From positions 314,307 to 378,306 of the forward strand of contig NMRA01000251.1 of assembly GCA_002633005.1 (NCBI GenBank): a stretch of DNA of 64,000 nt, read 5' to 3'. The notes beneath the pieces were generated by a model. It had not been told where the DNA came from and made no database searches. It saw nothing but the letters and a program-made list of their open reading frames with translations. Each line of letters starts with the position of its first letter. Positions within the stretch are counted from its first letter, which is position 1. Position numbers and translations under genes: made by a program. Origin of the DNA: Phoronis australis (Eukaryota; Animalia; Phoronida). Positions 12,241-27,200 of the stretch are shown piece by piece.

Positions 12241-15200
12241 GTCAATATTTCATCCTTTGATATAACTCAGAAGTTTGCAGGGTTTAGTGATAGTGGCAAT
12301 GTATTTTTTTTTAAAAAAAACTTGATGACATAAATCTTTTAATTTCATTTTTTTGTTTAGGAGTTGTTCTCAATGTGAACATATTACATGCCGACCCGTA
12401 AGAGTTATTGACTAATTAGTTAGAACTGGACATTTTGTTGTTGTGATGGAATTGAATAAGCAATGAACAGTGTGTCATTTTGCTTTCAATATACTTGTTA
12501 CAGGCCGATTTCAACAGCACTGGATCAGTGGGGGCTTTAGATGCTGCAAATTTTATGAAAAAGTCTGGTCTTCAACAAAAAGTTTTGTCCCAGGTATGAA
12601 AGTTAAAAATGCAAAGGTTCTAAAGATGTCATGATTTCCGTTTTCAAAAAAACAGAGAAATCCGTTATAATTTTAACAAGAGAAACTAAATTTCTGCTTA
12701 TTTTCCAATTGGTATGTTTAACTTAGCACATTCTATTTTAAGGATGACTTATTGCATGCCATGTTGATATTTTCTCAAGTGGCAGAAACGGGGGATAGAA
12801 CAGCCTTCCCAGTTGAACATGGCGGCTGCTATGTGATCATTGTTCTAGTTGTGTTCAGAATTTATTTAATATGGAAACGAATTTGATGAATTGCACTTTT
12901 CATTTTGAAAACCCACTAATTTCGTTAAAGAAGTATTGGAACCTGTTTCATTAAAAGTGACTGGAGACATGAGACAGAAATTTGGTCTTACGCTCCACAC
13001 AACTATTTCACTTTGAGCAAAAATGTGAAGTCTCTGAGAATATACACAACTGCTGCTTACTGCAGATAACTTTCTTCAAATTATATCTATACTGTGATGC
13101 GTTCATAATTACTTGGCTAAAAAATAATCAAATTGCACTTTGAGCAAAAGTGTGAAGTCTCCGAGAATATACACAACTGCTGCTTACTGCAGATAACTTT
13201 CTTCAAATTATATCTATACTGTGATGCGTTCATAATTACTTGCTGGCTAAAAAATAATCAAATTGCACTTTGAGCAAAAGTGTGAAGTCTCAGAGAATAT
13301 ACACAACTGCTGCTTACTACAGATAACTTTCTTTAAATTATATCTATACTGTGATGCACTCATAATCATTTGGCTAAACCTTTATTCAGCAATTGTGAAG
13401 CGGGAATGTAAGACCTCATTTCTAGTCTTACTCACTTTCATGAAATGGACCCCAGGAAAACCATGGTCCATCACTACGGGTGGTGGCTATCAGTTGTACT
13501 TATTTCTGTACCAGGCGAATGGTACAAAAGGTTGTTTAGAACTCAGTAAAATGAGCCCGCTGAATCTGAAATATTGGAAAACATAAAAACATGAAAATTT
13601 TGAGACATTCAGATGAGAAAACAGATTGAGTTTGAGTCCAATGCTGGGATTTTCAAAAAGTTTTTATTCCAGTATGAGACTCAAACTTGTTCTATTGGAA
13701 AACATGTTCAATTTCCGAAAGCTGGAGGTGATCACTTGTGGCTTCAGGAATGTGATCACAGTGGGGCCCTCTGAATGTCATACCCGCGGTTTCTACGTAA
13801 ATTATGATAATGAGCAGGGTGTTCTAGTAAGTGGGTTTTTACTTCGTAACCACATGTGTAAGATAATCAAGCTAATAGTCTTAGAGTAGAACACTCCCAG
13901 GTAAACAGGAATTGACTGATTTTATTCCGACGCGGAGATATGACGAGTTAAATGATTTTAAAATGAATTAGGTTAGTTATTAGACAGAAAAGCGAAGGTG
14001 ACCATGCTAATAAGCGGATGAGAATCAATTTTGCTGATTTTTTAATGGCAGTATGCAAGAATATGATATAAAAATGAATCGTTACATTATGGAGTTTGTT
14101 TTATATAACTTTATGTATTTATGTGGAAATGATTTGCTTTTTGACGTTGCATGACAACAACCGAAATATTCTGTCAACCGGTATGACATTAACTGGGCTT
14201 CACTGTATTGAGATATTCTTGATGGCTTACTAAAAGACCGTGAACCACTGCAGATGTTCTACGTTTGAAATTTTGTCTCTTCAGATATGGGACCTAGCTG
14301 ACTCCAGTGGCAGGGGATATCTGGACTACCCGAGCTTCTGTGTAGCTTTAAAACTTATAGCGCTAGCTCAGAGTGGTCAAGATACTACACATGCCAACCT
14401 GACATCACAAGCTCCCGTGCCAAAACTAGTGAGTGAAACCTATTGAATTTGGTAATTGCCATTTTGAGAACCAGTTTTCTCCACTGAATAAGGGGTATAT
14501 CAAACTGGTTCTCAAAATGTGGGACCCCAGGAAGTTGTTATTGCTTCTGAATTAAACCAGTTGTTGAAGAAAGGTACTATGTACAAGGTATTCTGAAATT
14601 GTACGCCAAGGTCATTACAGTGCCGGGAGTTCAAGTTCAGTTCCCGTAGGTGGACATGGCACCTGGTCCTACTGCATGGTTATGCCTTGTGAAAGTAGAT
14701 TAGGCGTCATAGGCGGCGTATGCATGGGAATGGCAAACAAGGGGCTCAGCTTTGGGAAATTGATCACGCAATGCTACTGGAAGCTCAAAAACCTCAAGGA
14801 AGTGCAAAGATAATTGACCTTTTCTAGTTAGTAAACAATTTATTTTGTGGTTTAAAGACTTAATTCCATTTTTGGTCACCTCTAAGAATTTAGACCAGTA
14901 ATCTTGTTCCTACAGTAAATTAATGCAGTTCTTGTCATTTGAAATGTGAATACATTTTTGGGACACCCTGTATTTCTCTGGTAAATTTCGAAGGAAAAAC
15001 CTTTTCGTATACTGGGCGTGATTAGTACTGTCAACTAAAATGTGGAGTGACACAAAAATGACACTCAAAATGTCATTGTCATCAATTTTTAATGAAGCAT
15101 TCTCACGGATAATAGGTTCCCAAACCGGTCATGTTACTTGGAGTTTTTTCAAGCTCTGCACATGGTGCCTGGCTAGCCAAAATGTTATTGCCCTAAATTT

Positions 15201-18200
15201 TTTATCATACCACATTCGCGCTTTTGTGGAACACAGGTTAAAAATGACGAGATTGGCACTGTGACCTTGAAACCTGGCTGAATTGTATTGAAAAATTTTT
15301 GATGAAGGAACTTAATGTATGAAATGCCCTCGACACATTCCAGGAAACGGTATTCTTGTAATAGTGCTAACACGCTGTTGAGCATCACCTTTGATGCTTT
15401 TTTAAGAATTTGGATTTTTTGTTGAAAATTGTTGTCGAATCTATGGTAAGAGCTATAGTTAATCTGTTCATCAAGTGTTAGGACAATCAATTTTACTGCC
15501 TTGACAGAGAACAACACCACTGTACAGTATTAGTTATAAGTTGGTCGTGAAGGCCCCTTGGTTGTGTGGTAGTTGAGATGACATGCTTTTGTGACTGATT
15601 GGGGAAGTAAATTCACTTCTCTGTAAGACTCACTACCCTTATTCTGAAGTACTTAGGTTATCAGGGAGAAAGGAAACGAGAGAATCGTGTCAAAAGGTTA
15701 ACAGCAATGTGGAGTGCCATTACAAGATTAACTGTAGTCACATACTCTGGCAGTCTGAACTCTTGGGAATCAAATGTATTATTAATATAATTGTCAAGTT
15801 ATCATTTATGGGGACAGTGTTGTCAACTGGTCTCGCAAGGCACTACTATCTCTACTCAAACTGGCAGTAATGTCTCATGTTCAATTGCCCGTGTCCTTCT
15901 GTTCAAGTACTTAATAGACATCTGCATTTCTAGTTCAAGTGTCAGTGATATGGAACCCTCTGTAAGATAATTATTTTTTGACACCCACATAAAATTTTCA
16001 ATTGTGGTCAAATATAGTCAGCATCCCGTCCGTCCATCAGTCCGTTGTCACCTGTGTCAAGTTGATTTTCCTAATAATTACTTGGCTCTAAAATGTATGG
16101 CAACCATTGCAGTTTTACTTTTCCTCAAGAAGTTTTTGTCCGTCAGACTCTGTTTTTGGAAAAATGCCAAAACTTGATAAAAAGGTACATTATTTATGAA
16201 GGTCGAAATACGCCGGCACCAGTCGGTTTTCAGACAACCAGTTACCATGACCCCATTAGGGATAAACTTTTTGATGAAAAATTACTTTTCTGTCAATTTT
16301 TGATGAGATGACTTAAAAATGTACCGAAACTTTACTCAGAGGTAAATGGTGGGCTGCACCTAAAGGAGTAGCACCCTGTTGGCCATTTTGGTTTTTGTCA
16401 CCCCGTAGCACAGTTTCAATCTATCTTCTGTGTATTATTACTTACCAGGAAGTTTTTGCCAGTTTTACAATCTTTATTTCCGTGATTCATTTTCAATTCT
16501 CTTTCAGGGAGAAGTGAGCACAGCACCCCCACCTGGTGGCCAAGTGCCGTGGACGATTACAGTAAGTTCTGTAACAATTGTATGTTATGTGATGATTAGT
16601 GTTCAGGTGCGGATCTAGGATACCATTGGGGGGGCCACATGTTGCCTTGGGTAATTAGGCAAAGTGGTATTGTATGTGACTGTACAGGCGGCCCGAAAGT
16701 TGCAGGGGCCGAGGATGTGGACTCGGAAATCCATCCATGGACTGTGGACTAAAAAAAGGGGGGGACACGATCCCACCGCAACCTGGGGTCTGAGCCACCC
16801 CCCCCCCCACATCAGCTACCGGTCCTAGTTGCTGAAATCAATATTTCCCTATGCTATTGCTGTTTCATTTTGCTTGCAGCAGCCAAGGGGGGGGGGGGGG
16901 CAGGCCCCCTGGACCCTCCACCCTAAATCCGTCATATTTGGCCAAAGAGGATATTGTGCAATTGTAAGCAAGTATATCCCACATTATTAAACATACTCTC
17001 TTGAGCTTGGTGAGTTTTACTGAGACGAACACTTAAGGTGGCTTTTGATTTTTCATAAGTTTGTTAAAACCTTCAGTAGACTTGGGCAAGGTCACATTTT
17101 AAATGTCTTGAAAACATTTCAATGACCATCAAACTTGAGTCGTTATCTAAATATTAACAAGTTTTGTGCTTGGACTATGAATTACTTTTAAGGAGGAGTA
17201 ATGCAGTCAAAAACACAAGTCACAGACAAAAACCATGGTTCATGGGCGTATAGTTTGATGCACTGGTTGCGCATTTGGTACTGCTGCTACTTATTGTGGT
17301 AAAATCGGTTAAGTAAGCCTTATTGCACCTTATCTTAACCCTTCAAAATCATTTTTAAGCCTGGTCTGCACGCCACCTGTTAGCCACATCATGTGACCTA
17401 ATGATGTGACCAACAGGTGGCGTGCAGACCAGACCTAAAAGTTTTGTGATCTACATTTCCAGGCTGGTTCAAGATTTGTATTATTCATATACCTTAACCC
17501 TCAGAAACATATTGTCTTTGATGCACCATTGAAGCATGTCAACACCTCAGCATCGCTCTTGTGTAATTAGCAGATGCTGTTTTTTGAATGTTAACTGCTT
17601 ATTTTGTTCTTTTCACAGCTAACTGAAAAATCAAAATATGACCAGATATTCGAAAGTTTACAGCCCACTAACAACAAACTGGCTGGGGACAAGGTGAAAC
17701 CTGTAAGTTGGAGTGTGAGATATCAGCAGTGCTGTTGTTTCTAAGTTTAAAATATAATCCTTGCGTGGCATCACTTGTTGAAAACGATAAATAGGATTTG
17801 AGATTGTGTGCGACTATTTCGTGTTGATTGTAATGGCAATTGCAAACATTTTTAAGTCTGTTCAGCACGCCACCTGTGACCACATCACTGACCTAATTAC
17901 ATTATATTGATAGTAATGGTTAGCAGGAAGTTCGTAGTCTTTGCTTAATTTGGTATACTGCGCACTGTTAATTCTATTGCTTGTACGCAAATAACCCTAC
18001 TTTCATTTTGTATTGTCTTATTAAAATTGAAGAGCTCAAACCATGTTAATATCTATATTTGAGTTTTCTTAGAAATGTGGTCTTAGAAATGTCTTGATTT
18101 CTCTTGTCTGAATTATTTGAAAAGTTACTTTTCATATCTTCCTGTAAGCAGGTTTCGTGGAGTGCCTTGCGTACAAGTGTTCATTTGTTTGCTGTTCTCT

Positions 18201-21200
18201 GTGCCATAGGTATTGCTCAACTCCAAGTTGCCCACAGATGTCTTGGGCAGGGTGTGGGATCTGAGTGATATTGACAAAGATGGCAGCTTGGATAGAGACG
18301 AGTTCGCCGTGGTGAGATCCTTATAAAAAATCACCTGGGTCCCCCTAGGTCCTTTTTCAAGACCTCTTGGCTTGTTATGAAAAGTAACTGAAGGCTTAAG
18401 TTAGAAATTTGGCCTCATGCTTCGCACAACAATTTTCAAAAATTACTTAATTATCGTTGGATACCCATAATTGCTAGTTATTCACACATAATTTGTAACT
18501 ATATTGATTTATTGCTATACTGTGATGTGCTAACAGTTTTTCATCTATGACACTGCTGTTGTTTTTTGTGGTAAGGTTGTCAGCTGTTAAACAACCGGTG
18601 GTATAGCTAACTTGTGATTGTGTTACCTGATTAGTAATCTGTGTTTTATGACTTGAGGTTTGACTTGAGAGTGATCAGATGGCTCGTGCTGCGAGAATTT
18701 TATGCGCAAAAGTTATTGATAGTTTGCAGTGGATCCACGTGTTCAATTGTAATCTGCTTATAAATAAGTGACAAGGGTTGTGTTGCTACGCTGTTTACGA
18801 GACTCCAGGTTTACCATGATATCACTGGATGTTTCTTGGCCGATAACCATCCCACACTGCATTTGAAAGACAACACCAGCGCCGCTAGTTGATTAAGCCT
18901 TGCTGTAGACCGAATTCCCAGAATTATATTGGAAAAATATTCGTCAATTAGTAGTATCAAGGTGGGAGTGTAAGACTACAAAACGGGGCCACTTCCAGGT
19001 GTTCTGAATGATAATTTGGCCTTTTTAATGGCATAAAATTGGTCTTATGACGTTCCTTGCCATGTGCGTTTCTTTGCAAAAAAGAGTCTTTTATTTAAAA
19101 ATTAACCAAAGCAACAATTAGGTTAAGTTCACAGTCCATGCACACACCTCAGGCAAAGAAAAATGTTCAAGCTCTTTCCAATACCTTCCTGTTCATACAA
19201 CTAGCAGAACTTCAAGCTTTTATCTCACCACGACCCAACTGGGTACATAAGAAATTTTTTTAAGCATTACTATTTGATTTGTCTTGAACGTTACACAAGG
19301 TCCAGTGCTTGCATTGTTTTCTCAACCAAATCTGAACTCTGTGCTTTATTTTTTTTTCTTCTAATATGTTCCCCTCATATTACAGGCAATGCATTTGGTG
19401 TACCGAGCTTTAGAGAAGGAACCGGTCCCCTCCAGTCTTCCTAGTGCGCTGGTGCCACCGTCTAAGCGCAAGAAGGCACCATCCCTGCCTGGTGCTGTGT
19501 CTGTGCTGCCAGTCCCTGCTGTATCAGCAGGTGCTACATTAGGGGGCGCTGCTGTAACCAGCGTTAGTAGTAGTATGGTGAGTATAGCCCGAGGTGTCGC
19601 TTCGCATTCAGTGGTTACTAGTAGACTTCATCTGTGAAAAATCTTTGACTGAGGGTTTCCATGGGCTATAATTTGAGAGTGATCAGTACAGGGTCTATGG
19701 ACTATATGGTGTAATCATTTCTGTTGCATGTATCAAACCACCTGCCTTCTGTTTTTGGTATATCGCGTGTACTAATTTTGGTTCTTAAAGACTAGTGGTT
19801 CTCTTCTAATTGAGTCGAGGTTGGGTCTGTGACGAAAGTGTTCACCTAAAACCTGCTCGAGAAAGTTTCTAAGGAAAGTGTATCCCACTAATGGCATGGC
19901 ATTAGTCACAAGTCATGTGTACTGGGGATATGCAGTTGTGTCGTTATCAATGGTGTCTGAAGAAGCATAAAGTTGCGATCATAATAGTTGTTCATTGTTG
20001 TTTGATTATTGTTTGTAGCCACTCACCCCACCATCTTGGGTCGTGACCCCTGGTGACCTTGTCAAGTATGAGGTCGCCTTCAAGACTGCCGACACAGACA
20101 ATGATGGCCTGATTACTGGTGGTGAAGTGAGGGACATCTTTATGCAGAGTGGCCTGCCACAGCCACTTCTGGCACACATCTGGTGAGCTGGGACTCAGTG
20201 ATAGAGCTATTGTGTATTGTGGACTGAGCTGAGGCTGTGTTAGGGGGCTTATTGAATCCTGTAGGCTTAAGTGGAACTCAGTGAGGGAGGTTATTTTGTC
20301 TTGTGAACTGAGTTGAGGCTGTGTTTGGGGGCTTATTGAATCCTGTAGGCTGAAGTGGAACTCAGTGAGAGAGGTTATTTTGTTTTGTGAACTGTGCTGA
20401 GGCTATGTTGGGGTGCTTGTTGAATCCTGTAGGCTGAGGTGGGCCTCAGTAAAGGGTCCTATTGAGTCTAAAGGATTGAATAGAAGCTTTGTGAAGGAGC
20501 GTATTTTGAGTGTTGTTGACTGAGCTGGTTCTGAATTTGGAAGATTATTGAATCCTATAGGTTGGGCATAGGTTAGTGAGTCTTATTGAGTTGTGGGGCT
20601 GAGCTAGGGCTCTGTGAGAGAGCTTGATGAGTCTTTTCAGATGAGCTACGGCTGGGTTAGGAGTGACTTTATTATGTGATCCTTTAGCCTGGGCTGGGGC
20701 TCAGTGAAGGGTCTCGCGGACTGAACTTTGACTGAACTAGGGAGTGGTGCTTATTGAGTCGTGTGTGCGAAGCTGAGGCTGAGGTAGGGTGGCTTTTTGA
20801 GTTGTGAAAGTTGTGTTTGATCTAGCTTAGGGTCTTNGAGGGACATCTTTATGCAGAGTGGCCTGCCACAGCCACTTCTGGCACACATCTGGTGAGCTGG
20901 GACTCAGTGATAGAGCTTATTGTGTATTGTGGACTGAGCTGAGTCTGTGTTTAGGCTGAAATGGAACTCAGTGAGGGAGGTTATTTTGTCTTGTGAACTG
21001 AGCTGAGGCTGTGTTTGGGGGCTTATTGAATCCTGTAGGCTGAAGTCGAACTCAGTGAGGAAGGTTATTTTGTCTTGTGAACTGAGCTGAGGCTATTTTA
21101 AGGGGCTTATTGAATCCTGTAGGCTGAGGTGGGCCTCAGTAAAGGGTCCTATTGAGTCTAAATGATTGAATAGAAGCTTTGTGAAGGAGCGTAGTGAGTG

Positions 21201-24200
21201 TTGTTGACTGAGCTGGTTCTGAATTAGGGAGATTATTGAATCCTATAGGCTGGGCTAGGTTAGTGAGTCTTATTGAGTTGTGGGGCTGAGCTAGGGCTCT
21301 GTGAGAGAGCTTAATGAGTCTTTTCAGATGAGCTACGGCTGGGTTAGGAGTGACTTTATTATGTGATCCTTTAGTCTGGGCTGGGGCTCAGTGAAGGGTC
21401 TTGCGGGCTGAACTTTGACTCAACTAGGGAGTGGTGCTTATTGAGTCGTGTGTGCGAAGCTGAGGCTGAGGTAGGGTGGCTTTTTGAGTTGTGAAAGTTG
21501 TGTTTGATCTAGCTTAGGGTCTTCTTTAGTTGTGTTGGCTAAGGTGAGGCTTAGTAATGGGCTGAGTTGGGAGTCATTGAATGGAACTTATTGAATCCTG
21601 TGGTCTGGACTAGGTTTCAGTGAGTGGTCTTATGGTATCCCGTGAGCTGAGCTGGGGCTGAGAGTTGCGGGGACTTATCGAGTCATGTGGTCAAATCTGC
21701 ATTGTTTTGTGTACTGTTGAATATCAGTGGTTCAGTAAGTTTTATGAGGTGACCTTTTAGTGTTCAATATATGCTTAGCAGTGTCACGTCTTTATGAAAT
21801 TTTAACTTGCAAAAGAACATTAGAATATCCTGCTAATTAGAACTTTGATAATTCCATGTTTTTAGTGGATAGGGTTTATCAAAATTTTGATACTTAAGCC
21901 CTCGTCTGTTTTCTAATTAAAATTCTGCCTTTTTGAAATTTGTGCCCATGGGCAATAACTCCAAGTGTAAGTGGTGCTTATCTCAATGAAAGTTTTATCA
22001 CATTTCTAAGTAACTCTTAATATGTAAAGTGTTCCCAAATTTGGCGCAGGTTTGAGTTCCGCCAAAATCTGTCCATGTTAATTTTGAAAACCACTATGGG
22101 TTGCAAAAGCACTGTCAAAATCTCATTGCTTTACTGTGGTGTTACATAATGACAACACTTTCGTCTTGTGGCTTGATAATTGGGACGCAGAGTGCATCAG
22201 TTTGGAAGAGTTAGGCATAGTTCTGTCAAGGACTTAGCATTTTGTTGTCGAAACTGCTGGGTGCACTCAGTTCTGGTGAACAGCCTCTAATGCACCATAT
22301 CTTCTCTTCAGGACACTGTGCGACATTAGTGGCACTGGCAAACTTAACCTGGAACAATTCGCTCTGGCTATGTGGCTGTTGCATCGCAAACTTGGAGGCA
22401 ATGAGCTGCCTCAGACGTTACCGCCGGAGATGGTGCCTCCATCGCTTAGACCCGAGGGGGGCTTGCAGGTGGGTGGAGCTCACGCATAGGGGGTGGGGGT
22501 TAGAATAGTAGTGCTGGTAGTTTGGAGTGGTTGGAGCAGTCTTCACTGTGCGCCTCTTGAAGTAGTCTGTCAGCTCTGTCGTGCATCTTGACTTTTGCAT
22601 TAATTTACTTAATTTGTACCTTTTGTCAATGCACAGTTGATGATTTTTTTGTTTCTGAATGGCAAGGCATTCATCAAACAGTCTAGCAAAGCTCAGTTTT
22701 GCGCAGGATGTCTAGAAATTGGGATGGGGGTGGTTTCTGTTGTTATTTCGCGCGCGACATTTTACTCATTCCACAAAATACAACCAAATCTCAGCATGAA
22801 CGCTGCCTGGTGGTAAACCATTCTGATAGTTCACTGTCCTTGAACTTTATTGCAAAATAAAATCACATTGTTTTTTTTTGTATTTGACTAAACATGTCCT
22901 GGTACGATTGTTCCATTGTGCTAAAGGGGCAGTAACCAACTTCCTGTTCCAAAATCGATCTGAAGCTTTCCAGACTCAGGCGAGAATTGATGTTTTGTCT
23001 TGGGAAGAATTGTCAGGTCGTTATTGTTTCAGCACAGACCGATTTGTGTTGCTTGTCACAGTGGGTTAGCTTCAGTCGCCAGGCCCGTTTAATCGTCAGG
23101 GTAATCCAGGCGATCTATTGTAGCCACATTCAACTCAAACAAAGGATAGGAATACAACGATGTTGCTTGTTTGAGGAAGGTTCATGTTCGTAATTCCATT
23201 ACATGGTTTAGAGCGGGTTTGAATTTTTTAGTTGTATCACTTCGCCTCGATTTATTTACCTCAAGCGAGACCGTCTCCAAGCAAGTCACTGGCACAATTT
23301 TTGTAAAAAATTTCTCAAAAAATGTTTTATAGTCCTACAGTCATTAGCTCTAATCTCAGTTTGTGTTTTAGGAAATGATCTATTTCCAACCCATACTGTT
23401 GCCAAGACAGTGTCTGTCAAAACACTGTCACCAGGTAATACCCCGTTCATGCGTGTGTTCAGTTCAGTAGTTTGGCAGTTTGGGGATGTTTTGTTATTTA
23501 CTTATTAAGTTTGTTTTCAGCATGAATTACCGCCAGTTTGTTGCTGAAAAACTAAGCTAAACTGAACAATACCACAAAGAAGATCAGTTCTGTTTAAAAT
23601 CCATTACCATGCAGTGTTCTGAAGAAAGTGGCATATAATCGTAATCATAATCATTTGATTTAAAGGTTCTGTAGGACAGTATCTACTAGTTTGTTTGTTC
23701 AGCCAAATATCATGAACAAAACTGTAGATTTTAATTTGTCGGTAAAAGTATACTGTCTCCTTGTTAGATTCAATTTTTGACTTTATACCAAGCTCCCATT
23801 AATAGGGTCACATGAATATGTCTTTTCAGTAAAATTTAGAAAAAAAGTCATAGCAAATCGAGGGTACCAATAACACAACTAAATTTCATTTGATGTGTTC
23901 AAGATGAAATCTCAAAACCCTTTTACAATTTTCCAAGTGCCCATTTCATATTCATTTTCCGTAACTTAAAATTTTTTGTCAGAAAAATCGTAAACGTCCT
24001 ATTTTTGAAAACTGTTCAAGCAAAAATGACAACAATTCCCACCAGCATTCTGGGGAATACTGTTTAGAGCATCCAGCTCCGAGATATGATATTCTAAACA
24101 TGTTTCTGTAGTTCTACATAACCTTAACACGTATAGTGTTGATATCACGTGTCTGGTGAAATATGGAAAGCCACAAAACACTCGTTTTCCGCAATACCTC

Positions 24201-27200
24201 ACGATAAACTAGAACCTTTTCCAATTGTGACTAATCTCGACAAATTCTCCAGTGGTGTTGCGCCACGCACAAATTGCCGTGTAATTTCATTCACAAATAA
24301 GCCATTAGTTGCTAGGCCCAATAACGCCACGTCAAACTCTGACTAAAAAGTTCAATGCAAGTGCTGTTCTGTTGCCACAAAAGTTCAAATAAACTAAGCA
24401 TACAATTCAGGCAAGACATTTATCCAAGTTTGACTCCGGTCTGTCAAATTCTGCATAGTTCATTGAAAGCTGCTGAATGTTTGCCTAGGATTGAATGCTA
24501 GTTGATCTTTGTTTGGATAACAACATTGCCAAAGACAATATGGCTCTTGGTAAGGAATATGTTGCTTCCCTGCTTGAACACAAGGTGGAGCTACCGCTGC
24601 ATGATCCTGAGCATTTTGTGGCTTTAATTAGCTTTCAAGGACCTAAGATAATTTAAGCATCTATCTGCTTGAACTTCCTCGCAAGGCTCATGTAGAGAAC
24701 TTTGCCATCATGAGTTTTCACACAAAGCCATTAAATTACTTTAAGGCCGATTATTTTCACATTGTTTCCTTGTGTTTATTCCCGGTGTCACCCACAGGGA
24801 GCGTGTGCTTCACACACAGATGTGCTATCTGGCTGTCTTCTGCTTTCTTGCCTTAAATGCATGCCAGCCAACGCAGACGAGTGTTAATATAGCCAGGCTG
24901 AATCCTATCAGTATTATGTGCTTAGGAGCCCCCTTCAAGTCAAGTTTCTCCTTCACCACCAGTTTCACGGTGGCAGCATGACGGTCTTTAATCCAACAAC
25001 TGAAAAAAAACGAGTGTTATATAGTTTGTCCAGTCGAGAAGAAACCTGATATCTTGTAGTTTGTTTGTCAGTCTTGGAACTTCATTTCAACATTCAAAAA
25101 AAAAGTTAATTCAGCAATAAAGAAGTTTTCTCAGAGTCTGACAATTTCATTGTAATTTTCAACAGACACTGTCAATGTAAAAGCCCTGGAATCTCAGGAA
25201 AATGCAAGGAAGACTCACAGGATTCTTTGAAAAAAATTGTGCGATCTATGCATCATTTAAGTGTTCGTATTCATTTGTGACTGTGTCTAAATATCAATTG
25301 TCAAGTAACAGATCCATGTGCTTCGGCAATCCTTGATAATCACAAACACTTGGAATTTGGTGTTCTTGTAAGTTTCAGGCACGATGGACCTAATACAGGT
25401 GAAAGTTCAAGCCAAAACCCAATTAAAATTGTGAACTGAAGCACAAGTTTCAAATCTGCCATTTCCTGCCAATGCAACAGGGAGAAACAGCCGCCTGGGC
25501 TGCCAATAGTCAATAGGCACATAGTTTTATGACATAATGAGGTATCCTGTTGGATGCCATAGGTGACCAAACAGCCCAACCACATGGGCTGAATTTAATG
25601 GGCTGTTGTGTTTACATTTAGCAAATTTCAACCCTCCAACAGTCATCATCCCAGTCAATTTTTATATGTGCTGGTTTCCTCATGAGGTGCAGAAAATGCA
25701 TATCCTGTCTGACTCGTCTTGATGTATTCCATTTAGTGTCAATATACATGTTGCTTTTGACACATGATGTGGCCAATAGGTGGCGTGCAGACCACACTAA
25801 AAGTCCTGGACCTATTCAAGTCCCAACTAGTAAAAGCATTCAGTGTTGACCCCTGGGAATGAGATGTATCGCCTCGTGTCAAGGTCAGCTTAGTCGTACA
25901 GTAATTACCTGTAAGTTCCTTCGTCACGAAGACGCAGACGCCTAATCACAATTCTGTTGCCCGAGTCTATCAGGACACGGCCACGAGTTTTTCGCCGAAC
26001 GAAGGCAGGATTTATGATCCGCGTCGCGTTCTTCCACTTGATGTACTGCTCCTCGGAGTACGTCCTGGAGGTGAATTATGGGTAATTAATGATTGCTGGT
26101 AGTTACCAGTTTTTGTCTTTAAGCGATGTGGAAGAAGGTGTTTGCTTGAAATGAAAATTTAGTTAGTTCTACATATCTTAGGAAAACAAGTTGTTTGGAT
26201 TTTTGTGAGATTTGATGTTTTTGAGATATTTTAATTGCGTCATGGCAGTTTGTGATATTCTGGACATTAGATTTTGTGAAAAGCATGTTATCATGTGACA
26301 ATGGTTACAATTTTTCACTCGCAGAGGCATGGAAATTCGATAAAAAATCCTAATTTTGGACACGGTATGTTTGCAGTGAGTTGCCAGTTAAACACCAGTG
26401 TTGTATTAGTAAGTATGGCCAAGGTGCAGTCTCTTTTTAGGTTATGTAGGACCTCGAGTACAACTTGCCCAACCTGTAACAAGATATCCACCTTACTATC
26501 TAGGCAGGGTAACTTGTTCTAGGGCAACTTGCACCACTTCTAATCACTGTGGCCACAGACCTGGGGCAAGGCGGAAGTAATTATCATACGTGGTTGCATA
26601 CAAACGGGTCTTTTTTGCATGTCATATTTGCATCAGTTGTTCATTGTCTGTGCACAGAACAACAACTTCTCCCTTGCTCTAGTTACCGGATATGTGTGAG
26701 AATGTGTACGCTCCACTTAAAGTGGGGCAACTTGTGCTAGTGCACGTTTTTCTAGTAACAGTCTCTGCAGTTATGATAGACATGATATTGTTAGTTTAGA
26801 TGACATAGTTCCAGACAAGTTCCTGACATTTTAGAACATTACTTGGAACATTGGTCTTAGCCCAGGCCTTTGATTCACATACCGTAATCGTTCGGGTTAA
26901 CGCCCATGCTCAGTTAACCGCCCACCCCCTACTTTAGGTGAATTTCGATTTAACCGCCCACTGCTCGGTTAACCGCCCCCCTGCTATTTTTGAAGATNTC
27001 CATGTGCTTCGGCAATCCTTGATAATCACAAACACTTGGAATTTGGTGTTCTTGTAAGTTTCAGGCACGATGGACCTAATACAGGTGAAAGTTCAAGCCA
27101 AAACCCAATTAAAATTGTGAACTGAAGCACAAGTTTCAAATCTGCCATTTCCTGCCAATGCAACAGGGAGAAACAGCCACCTGGGCTGCCAATAGTCAAT

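Noticed and set aside
20129-21523. Apparent duplicated partial EPS15 exon plus intron (20129-20836 vs 20838-21523)
   Set aside because: Copies meet at a single N and differ by only SNPs and small indels, which is typical of overlapping allelic contigs joined by the scaffolder
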